Source: Verrucomicrobiota bacterium (lineage in GTDB: Bacteria > Verrucomicrobiota > Verrucomicrobiia > Limisphaerales > J093). Taken from it: a stretch of 64,000 nt of DNA. The notes beneath the pieces are model-generated. The model was not told the origin of the DNA and made no database searches. It saw nothing but the letters and a program-made list of their open reading frames with translations. Position 1 is the first letter of the stretch. Every line of letters begins with the position of its first letter. The position numbers and the translations under genes were made by a program. Location: positions 14,711 through 78,710 of the forward strand of contig JAXGQW010000015.1 in the NCBI GenBank assembly GCA_040766265.1, in the 5' to 3' direction. This document shows, piece after piece, positions 56,965-64,000 of the stretch.

Positions 56965-57810
56965 GTGGACATCAAACGAGCGGTCATCACGGCTGCCGGC
57001 CCGGAGCAGCGGATGCTGCCGCTGCAGACGCTGATGGATCGGGACGGTGTGCAGAAGACGGCGCTGGGCATCCTGATCGAGGAGGTGCTCGCCGCGGGCA
57101 TCCAGGAGATCGGCGTCGTCGTGTGTCCGGGCGACCAGGGGGCGTATCGCGCGGCGGGCGGGGCGCCGGGCACCCGCCTGCACTTTCTCGAACAGTCTGA
57201 ACCGCGCGGGTACGGACACGCTGTCGCCTGCGCGCGCGACTTCACCGGGCGCGATCCGTTCCTGCTTCTTGTGTGCGACCATTTGTACGTGAGCCGCTCC
57301 GTCAAACCGTGCGCGCAACAATTGGTCGAGGTCGCTCGAGCCGAAGGCTGCTCGGTCTCCGCCGTGCAGGCAACGCACGAGAGCAAGCTCCCGTACTATG
57401 GGGCGGTCGGCGGACGCTTGGCCGACACGCGTCCGGGTCTGTACAAGATCGACACGGTGATCGAGAAGCCGACGCCGACCGAGGCGGAACAGAAGCTTGT
57501 GGTGCCGGGGCTGCGGTCGGGTCATTACCTCTGTTTCTTTGGCCTGCACGTCCTGACGGCCGGGGCGATGGCGCTCCTGACCGGCCTGGTCGATGCGGCC
57601 GCTCCCGACCAGAGAGTGACGCTCTCGGCGGCGTTGTCGGCACTGGCCGGATGCGAGCGCTATTTGGCCTGTGAACTCGAGGGGCGGCGGTTCGATGTCG
57701 GGGCGAAGTACGGTTTGTTGATGGCCCAGTTCGCGTTGGCGCTCGAAGGCGAGGACCGCGACGAGGTCCTGGCTGGGTTGATCGAGCTTCTTGCCTTGCG
57801 CCGTCAGTAA
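56965..57810 (+). CDS. GalU-type sugar-1-phosphate nucleotidyltransferase with non-canonical signature motif
   Basis: [17 protein letters not shown] (canonical is AAGLGTRFLP), [43 protein letters not shown]. Colinear with UTP-glucose-1-phosphate uridylyltransferases. Confidence 0.8.
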   Translation: MDIKRAVITAAGPEQRMLPLQTLMDRDGVQKTALGILIEEVLAAGIQEIGVVVCPGDQGAYRAAGGAPGTRLHFLEQSEPRGYGHAVACARDFTGRDPFLLLVCDHLYVSRSVKPCAQQLVEVARAEGCSVSAVQATHESKLPYYGAVGGRLADTRPGLYKIDTVIEKPTPTEAEQKLVVPGLRSGHYLCFFGLHVLTAGAMALLTGLVDAAAPDQRVTLSAALSALAGCERYLACELEGRRFDVGAKYGLLMAQFALALEGEDRDEVLAGLIELLALRRQ

Positions 57811-57814
57811 AGCC

Positions 57815-60800
57815 ATGTCCAGCCGCCTCATCCCCATGATCCTGTCGGACGATCCGTCCGTGCGGGACCGTCCGCTCGATGCGTGCTGCGCGGGGGCGTC
57901 GTTGAGCGAGTTGCTTGGGGAATGTGCCGCCCTCGAAGCCTTTCGCAGGCAGAGCGAGAGCCTGTACGCCCGGGTGCGGGCGCTGTTCTTCCTGTACGCC
58001 ATTCACCGATTCCATCTGCCGCGGAAGCAGGGAATCGCCGATCGCGGTCTGATTCCGTTCGACGGCTACGAGCATCTTCTGCAGAGGCGCTTCGAGGAGG
58101 CGATCGCTTCCTTCCTCCAGGCCCAGGCCTCGAGCGGGCCGAGCGACGCCGTTTCGAGCGCCCTCGCCGTGGCCTATCATCGCCTCGCCTTCCAGACCCT
58201 GGCCGACCAGGTCCGCCGCAGCGTGCGGTCGGTGCGGGGCAACCAGTGGATGTTCCGCATGGGCCATCCCGAGGACCAGCCGCTGCGCATCCGCCCCGAG
58301 TTGCTCCGTCGCCGCGGTGCGTCCGAGCCGTATCCCGTGTTGCGCGAGCGCACGCCGGTGCGCATGGACCTGTCGCATTGCGGCTGGAGCGACATCTTCT
58401 TCCTGGGGATGGATTATCCCGAGGGTGCGCGGGTCCTGAATGTCTCGATCGACCTGGGGGTGCGCGGACGCGATGCCGCGACGCGTCCGCCGGTCGAGGC
58501 GTACTTGAGGGTTTTAGACGAGCCGGTGTTGCGGCTGACGAGCATCGACCTGGGAGCGACGGTGGACATCACGAATCTGGTCGAGGTGTTCGATTTTGCC
58601 CGGGACTACCTGGGCCTGCTCAAGGCGGCCGTGATTGCGGCGGGGATCGTGCCGCCCGGGCTGGAAGGGTCGGGGCAGAGCCTCGAGCACTTGCTGCATC
58701 GGATTGTCGCTCCCGCGCGCGGACTCGAGATCGTGAGCAACGTCAACGGGATTCCGAAAGGCTCGCGTCTGGCCGTTTCGACGACCCTGCTGGCTTCGTT
58801 GATCGCCGTCTGCATGCGGGCGACAGGCCAGGCGGCTTCCCTGACCGGCTCACTCGAAGAGTCGGAGCGCCGGCTGGTGGCCGCGCGGGCGATTCTGGGC
58901 GAATGGCTGGGCGGTTCTGGCGGCGGGTGGCAGGATTCGGGCGGTGTCTGGCCGGGGATCAAGCTGATCGAGGGGGTGCGGGCCGGCGAGGGCGACCTCG
59001 AGTACGGGATCAGCCGGGGGCGTTTGCTGCCCAACCACCGCATTCTTGGCGCCGACGATGCGCCGCCTGTGGCGCGACAGCGGCTCCAGGAAAGCCTCGT
59101 CCTGGTCCATGGCGGCATGGCGCAGAACGTCGGGCCCATTCTCGAAATGGTGACCGAGAAATACCTGCTGCGGTCGGCCACGGAATGGGCCGGACGCCAG
59201 GCGGCGCTGGGCATTCTGGACGAGATCCTGACGGCGCTGCGCGAGGGCGATCTCGCCGCGATCGGGGGGGCTACAACCCGCAACTTCCAGGGCCCCATCC
59301 AGGCCATTATCCCCTGGGCCACCAACTACTACACGGAGACCCTCATCGCGCGGGTCCGGGCCGAGTTCGGCGACGCGTTCTGGGGGTTCTGGATGCTGGG
59401 AGGGATGTCGGGGGGCGGAATGGGGTTCATCTTCTCGCCCGCGGCCCATCGGCGCGCGCAGACGCGCCTGCAGTCGATCATGGCGACGGCGAAACAGGAA
59501 CTCGAACACGCCCTTCCGTTTGCGATGGAGCCGGTGGTGTACGATTTTGCGATCAACGAGCGGGGCACCTGGGCCGAGCTGTGGGTTGGAAGCGATGCGC
59601 TGCTGCCCGCAGGCTACTACGGCCTGACCGTTCCCGCGCTGCTCAAGAACGAACTCGACGCGCTTGTCCCCGTCCGTCGCGCCGAGCTCGATGCCTTGGC
59701 CGAGGCGTGTCGCGGCAACCCCGACTATTCAGGGCTGGCGCATCAGTTGATCGAACGGCTCATCCCGCGCCTGCGTCCGGCAGCGGCGGGCGAGGAGCGC
59801 CTGCCTGACCTGCTGTCCAGGCACGGCTTCGATCCGATCCACCACGAACAGATTCGGGCCGATCTGCGCAGCGCGCGGATTGGCTTGGCGCAAAACCGTC
59901 TGCCCGCCAACACGGAGATTCAGGATGTCCGCGCCGAAGACGTGTGCGACGCAACCGACCCCCTTGGGTCGGAGCTTCGGGCTGCTGGCGAGGAGATGCT
60001 GGCGCGCGGAGCGGTGGCCGTCGTGAGCCTGGCGGCCGGCACCGCCAGCCGCTGGACCCAGGGAGCGGGAGTGGTCAAGGCATTGCATCCGTACTGCCGG
60101 TTGGGCGGAGCGCATCGGACCTTCATCGAAACGCATCTGGCCAAGAGCCGCCGCACGAGTCGCGCGTGCGGCGCCTGGCTGCCGCACGTGTTCACGACGA
60201 GTTACCTGACGCACGAGCCCATCGAGGCACTCCTTGCCCGCCAGCAGCGATACGGCTACGAAGGGCCGCTGCTTCTGTCCCCGGGCCGGGCGGTCGGTTT
60301 GCGGCTTGTCCCGATGGTTCGGGACCTCCAATTCGCCTGGGAAGAGATGCCCCAGCAGCGGCTTGACGAACAGGCCCAGAAGGTCCGCGACAGCCTGCGG
60401 GCGGCCCTGATCCGGTGGGCCGAGAGTGCCGGCGAAGGAAGCGACTACACCGACAACGCGCCCGCGCAGTGCCTGCATCCGGTCGGGCATTGGTACGAAG
60501 TCGCCAACCTGCTGCGCAACGGGACGCTGCGGCGCCTGTTGGCCGAGCGACCGAATCTCAAGCACCTCTTGCTCCATAACATCGACACCCTGGGGGCCGG
60601 GGTCGATCCGGCCTTGCTCGGCCTGCACGCGACGCGCGGGGGCTGCCTCTCCTTCGAGGTGATCGCCCGCCGGTTGGAAGACCGGGGCGGAGGTATGGCT
60701 CGAGTCAACGATCGCATTCGGTTGGTCGAGGGCCTGGCCATGCCGCGCGAGGAGGACGAGTTCCGCCTCACCTACTACAACACTCTGACCACCTGGATCG

Positions 60801-61144
60801 ACATCGACCGGCTCCTGGCGGCGTTCAAGCTGTCGCGCGGCCACCTGGATCAGACCGAGAGGATCACCGCCGCGGTCCGCGATATGGCCGCCCGGCTGCC
60901 GACGTATGTCACGCTCAAGGAAGTCAAGAAACGCTGGGGCCACGGACAGGAAGACGTCTTCCCGGTCGCCCAGTTCGAGAAGCTTTGGGGCGACATGACG
61001 GCCCTGCCCGAGGTGGACTGCCGGTTCTTCGTCGTCCCGCGCCAGCGCGGCCAGCAGCTCAAGGATCCGGCTCAACTGGACGGCTGGTTGCGCGACGGTT
61101 CCGCCGCATACGTCGAGAGCCTGTGCGATTGGGGCGCCGCGTGA
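57815..61144 (+). CDS. 1110-aa multidomain protein: unknown N-terminal region, GHMP-kinase-like domain (fucokinase/HddA subgroup), UDPGP-type pyrophosphorylase-like domain
   Basis: [22 protein letters not shown] (degenerate GHMP motif II), [32 protein letters not shown] (motif III-like). C-terminal [15 protein letters not shown] and [19 protein letters not shown] resemble UDP-glucose pyrophosphorylase (PF01704-type) motifs. ATG 57815 is 5 nt after the upstream stop. Confidence 0.8.
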   Translation: MSSRLIPMILSDDPSVRDRPLDACCAGASLSELLGECAALEAFRRQSESLYARVRALFFLYAIHRFHLPRKQGIADRGLIPFDGYEHLLQRRFEEAIASFLQAQASSGPSDAVSSALAVAYHRLAFQTLADQVRRSVRSVRGNQWMFRMGHPEDQPLRIRPELLRRRGASEPYPVLRERTPVRMDLSHCGWSDIFFLGMDYPEGARVLNVSIDLGVRGRDAATRPPVEAYLRVLDEPVLRLTSIDLGATVDITNLVEVFDFARDYLGLLKAAVIAAGIVPPGLEGSGQSLEHLLHRIVAPARGLEIVSNVNGIPKGSRLAVSTTLLASLIAVCMRATGQAASLTGSLEESERRLVAARAILGEWLGGSGGGWQDSGGVWPGIKLIEGVRAGEGDLEYGISRGRLLPNHRILGADDAPPVARQRLQESLVLVHGGMAQNVGPILEMVTEKYLLRSATEWAGRQAALGILDEILTALREGDLAAIGGATTRNFQGPIQAIIPWATNYYTETLIARVRAEFGDAFWGFWMLGGMSGGGMGFIFSPAAHRRAQTRLQSIMATAKQELEHALPFAMEPVVYDFAINERGTWAELWVGSDALLPAGYYGLTVPALLKNELDALVPVRRAELDALAEACRGNPDYSGLAHQLIERLIPRLRPAAAGEERLPDLLSRHGFDPIHHEQIRADLRSARIGLAQNRLPANTEIQDVRAEDVCDATDPLGSELRAAGEEMLARGAVAVVSLAAGTASRWTQGAGVVKALHPYCRLGGAHRTFIETHLAKSRRTSRACGAWLPHVFTTSYLTHEPIEALLARQQRYGYEGPLLLSPGRAVGLRLVPMVRDLQFAWEEMPQQRLDEQAQKVRDSLRAALIRWAESAGEGSDYTDNAPAQCLHPVGHWYEVANLLRNGTLRRLLAERPNLKHLLLHNIDTLGAGVDPALLGLHATRGGCLSFEVIARRLEDRGGGMARVNDRIRLVEGLAMPREEDEFRLTYYNTLTTWIDIDRLLAAFKLSRGHLDQTERITAAVRDMAARLPTYVTLKEVKKRWGHGQEDVFPVAQFEKLWGDMTALPEVDCRFFVVPRQRGQQLKDPAQLDGWLRDGSAAYVESLCDWGAA

Positions 61145-61412
61145 ATCGGCCTCGCCCCGCTTCGCGCCTTGCAGCGCCTGTCGGTTTCCGGCATCCTCGC
61201 GACTGATGTCACACCCCTGCACTCAGGCGATGCACGAATCCCCCGTTCGGTTTTGTCTTCCGACCGGGCTGCGCCCTCACCATCGTCCGGTCCCCGCCGG
61301 TTGAGCGGGATCTGGTCTTAACAAACCGCTCGCGCCCACGACTCTCCACACATGGCCCGCACCAAGTCCAACACCGCCGACAAGTCCGCCGCTAACCTGA
61401 AGGGGCTGGGGT

Positions 61413-61589
61413 ATGCCTGACAAAAGCAACCAAGGGACAAAAAGGACTCCAAGGGACGAAAGCCCGCTTCCGTCCCCCGAGTCCCCTCCGTCTCTTCCCG
61501 AGGGCGCGGGCTTCATCCCGCCCCACGGCGGCTACCAAAACCTGCTGAGAGAGGGCGGCCTGCGCGAGCGCATGACCCGCGCCCGCTAA
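61413..61589 (+). pseudogene. internally deleted four-helix-bundle-suffix-domain gene remnant (58 codons; below the track threshold)
   Basis: My translation: MPDKSNQGTKRTPRDESPLPSPESPPSLPEGAGFIPPHGGYQNLL|REGGLRERMTRAR*. The N-terminal GFIPPHGGY..L and C-terminal EGG.RER..R.R motifs of that family are joined directly, so about 150 central codons are missing. The stop TAA is the TAA of GCTAAC of repeat unit A. Confidence 0.55.
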
Positions 61590-61826
61590 CCCGCATATCT
61601 CACACCCCGTCTGTGCACATGGCAGTCAGACTTCGCAAGAGGACTGCTATGCGGGTTAGAAGAGCAAAACCGCGCCAGGCCTGAACGATGGAGAAATGCA
61701 TCAGACTGTTTCCATCGCAGAACACCTTCAGAACCGACACGAGGCTCTTGGTTTCCTTTCTGGGCGCGGTTTTGCCACAGCCCGGATATGAAACTCCGCG
61801 AAGCCTCATGACATATCCGGGCTAAG
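61585..61826 (+). repeat. palindromic mosaic A - B - C
   Basis: A 61585..61659, B 61664..61775, C 61778..61826 (GCCCGGATAT...ATATCCGGGC). Confidence 0.85.
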
Positions 61827-62104
61827 AGAGAGGAGGCGCCACATGACCACCACTGAGGGGCCTCCAAAGACTCCCAGGACAGAATGCCGCACGTCCTTTG
61901 CGTCGCTTCTGTCCCTGCCGTCCCTTTCCAAAACAGGCCGCGCCGAATTCGCGGCACTCCTCTCCCGCTGGGAGAGGCCGGGTGAGGGTGCTTGCATGTC
62001 CGCGAAGCTGGCGTGTCGCTGATTGACTGCGGGCCATGCGGATGCTGATTTTCTTGTGTCCGGCGGGGTGTGCCTTCATGCTCCCGGCCCGTTTGGATGC
62101 AGGT

Positions 62105-64000
62105 ATGAATGACCACCCCGGAAACGAACCGTCTGTCACACTCGAATTGGCGCGGGACCACAATCTCACGGACGACGAGTACGAACGGATCCAGCGCGTC
62201 CTGGGGCGCGTTCCCACCTACACCGAGCTGGGGATCTTCTCGGTGATGTGGAGCGAGCATTGCTCGTACAAGAACACCCGGCCCCTGCTCCGCACGCTGC
62301 CAACCCGCGGGTCTGGGATCCTGGTCGGCGCCGGCGAGGAGAACGCGGGGATCATCGACATTGGGGACGGATTGGCGATCGCCTTCAAGATTGAGTCGCA
62401 CAACCATCCCAGCGCGGTCGAGCCGTTTCAGGGCGCCGCCACCGGGGTCGGAGGCATCATCCGCGACATTTTTACGATGGGCGCCCGGCCGGTCTGCGCC
62501 ATGGATTCGCTCCGGTTCGGCGAACTCTCGGAACCGGAGGTGCGCCGTCTCTTCCGCGGCGTGGTTGCCGGCATTGCGCATTACGGGAACTGCTTCGGGA
62601 TTCCGACCGTTGCCGGCGAGATCTACTTCGACAAATCGTACGAGGGCAATCCGCTGGTGAACGTTTTCTGCCTGGGCTGCGCCACGAGCAGATCGCCCGC
62701 GGACGCGCCAGCGGGGTGGGCAACCCGGTGTTCTATGTCGGACCCGCCACGGGCCGGGACGGTTTGGCCGGGGCGGCGTTTGCGTCGCAAGACCTGACCG
62801 AGGAATCGGCCGAACAGCAGCGGGGCGCAGGTGGGCGATCCGTTCATGGAGAAGCTGGTTTGCGAGGCCTGTCTCGAGTTGCTGGCGACCGGCGCGGTGG
62901 CCGGGATCCAGGACATGGGCGCGGCGGGGGCTGACCTGCTCGACGTGCGAGACGGCCGCCCGCGCGGGCACGGGCATCGAGATCGAACTGGCCAAGGTCC
63001 CTCAGCGCGCCCCGAACATGACGCCGTACGAGATCATGCTGAGCGAATCGCAGGAGCGCATGCTGATCATCGTGCGGCAGGGTCGCGACGCCGAGGTGAA
63101 GCGCATTTTCGACAAGTGGGATTTGCCCTGGGCGGAGATCGGGACGGTCACCGACACCGGGCGCATGGTGGTCCGGTGGCACGGGCAGGTTGTGGCCGAC
63201 ATCCCGGCACGACAGATCGCCGACGAATCGCCCGTGTACGAGCGCGAGGCCCTCGAGGCCCCGTACATCGAGTCCGTGCGCGCTTTCACGCTCGATGGCA
63301 TCCCGGACACCGCGGATCCGCTGCCGCAACTGGTCTCGCTGCTGTCGTGGCCGACCATCGCGTCCAAGAACTGGGTCTATCGCCAGTACGATCACATGGT
63401 CCGGGACGGCTCGGTCGTTTGCCCGGGCAGCGACGCCGCGGTGATCCGGATCAAGGCCGACTCGGTCCCGCCGCTGCCGGCCGATTCCGGCGGCGCGGGC
63501 CGGTTCCAGCCGCCTGCAAGCTTGAGAAGTTGGTCGCCCTGACCGTCGACTGCAATGGGACCTATGTCTTCCTCGATCCGTATGAGGGTGGCAAGATTGC
63601 CGTGGCGGAGGCGGCGCGCAACCTGGCGTGTTCCGGGGCGCGTCCGTTGGGAGTGACCGATAACCTGAATGCGGCCAATCCGCACGACCCGGGGTTGTTC
63701 TGGCAACTGCGCGAGAGCGTCCGTGGAGTCGGCGATGCGTGCCGCATCTTCCAAACTCCAATCACCGGCGGCAATTGCAGCCTGTACAACCAGGTCCCGG
63801 ACGGACCCGTGGACCCGACCCCGACCATCGCGATGGTGGGGTTGATCGATCAGCCGGAGCACATCACCACGCAGTGGTTCAAGGACGAGGACGACGCGGT
63901 CATTCTGTTGGGAGAGCCGTGCGATGCCGCCGATTCGCTGCAAGGGTTGGGCGGCAGCGCCTTTCTTCAGGTCGCGCATGGCCGGAAGAACGGACGTCCG
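62105..64000 (+). pseudogene. purL: phosphoribosylformylglycinamidine synthase subunit PurL with at least 4 frame disruptions; 3' end outside the window
   Basis: Homology runs through four frames. Segment 1: [13 protein letters not shown]...ESHNHPS...NVFCLG. Shift near 62676-62683. Segment 2: [29 protein letters not shown]...EQQRGA. Shift near 62826-62830. Segment 3: [10 protein letters not shown]...IQDMGAAG. Shift at the G-run 62926-62930 (one extra G). Segment 4: [20 protein letters not shown]...MLSESQERML...VIRIK. Shift between about 63460 and 63517. Segment 5: KLVALTVDCNGTYVFLDPYEGGKIAVAEAARNLACSGARPLGVTDNLN... to the window end. Confidence 0.85.

Noticed and set aside
56869-61222. ORFs 56869..58002 (-), 57302..58378 (-), 57883..59808 (+), 58606..59325 (-), 59729..61222 (-)
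   Set aside because: Alternative frames or antisense of the GalU-like and 1110-aa genes, and Arg/Pro/Gly-rich. The chosen frames carry recognisable enzyme motifs and tight operon spacing.
61830-62104. ZTP (pfl) or purine riboswitch upstream of purL
   Set aside because: Only vague resemblance (GATTGACTGCGGG). The conserved GGGTCGTGACTGGCG and CCGCCTGGGC elements are absent.
61586-62995. 469-aa minus ORF across the A-B-C mosaic and purL 5' half
   Set aside because: Runs through repeat sequence and antisense to clear PurL homology.

Overview
High-GC (about 60-65% by eye) bacterial chromosomal segment. The gene content suggests a PVC-type organism (Verrucomicrobiota or Planctomycetota): Tat-signal Gfo/Idh/MocA oxidoreductase, xylose-isomerase-like TIM barrel, many lipoproteins. 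That taxonomic call is inference only. All domain calls come from motif recognition by eye; no searches were run.

Gene content in order:
- Partial pyrC. It is absent from the ORF track because its frame leaves the window without a stop.
- tRNA-Gly(UCC) and an SDR oxidoreductase.
- A complete hoxEFUYH bidirectional NAD(P)-linked [NiFe] hydrogenase structural operon.
- Sugar oxidoreductase and isomerase genes, then two translationally coupled unknown exported proteins.
- A 5'-truncated glgX remnant and an intact IS1634-family element.
- pyk, a DUF2934 gene and pfkA.
- An ion-homeostasis block: VIT-like protein, Ca2+/H+ exchanger, SulP, Usp.
- A small lipoprotein that is almost entirely a Hint/BIL domain.
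- ppk2 and an RND efflux operon.
- A minus-strand module: two-component system, large PLP (Orn/Lys/Arg-type) decarboxylase, two AAE-family exchangers, coiled-coil porin.
- A 1451-aa GH2 plus glutaminase-like (DUF4965-type) fusion, and a GT4 glycosyltransferase.
- A junkyard region: 5'-truncated group II intron, four-helix-bundle gene remnants, a 7-bp tandem repeat.
- A two-gene nucleotide-sugar operon: a GalU-like gene, then a 1110-aa protein with an unknown N-terminal region, a GHMP-kinase-like domain and a UDPGP-like domain.
- A multiply frameshifted purL.

The most unusual signal is non-coding. A dispersed family of stacked palindromic units (called A/E, B, C, D and G here) builds BIME-like mosaics at 9 or more loci. 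Their stems differ between copies by compensatory changes. In four cases they supply the last codons or the stop codon of a gene or gene remnant. One mosaic has been hit by the IS1634 copy with a 6-bp target duplication. Two adjacent units sit exactly where the group II intron's 5' part is missing.

Most long ORFs in the track that lie antisense to these genes are GC-rich shadow frames.
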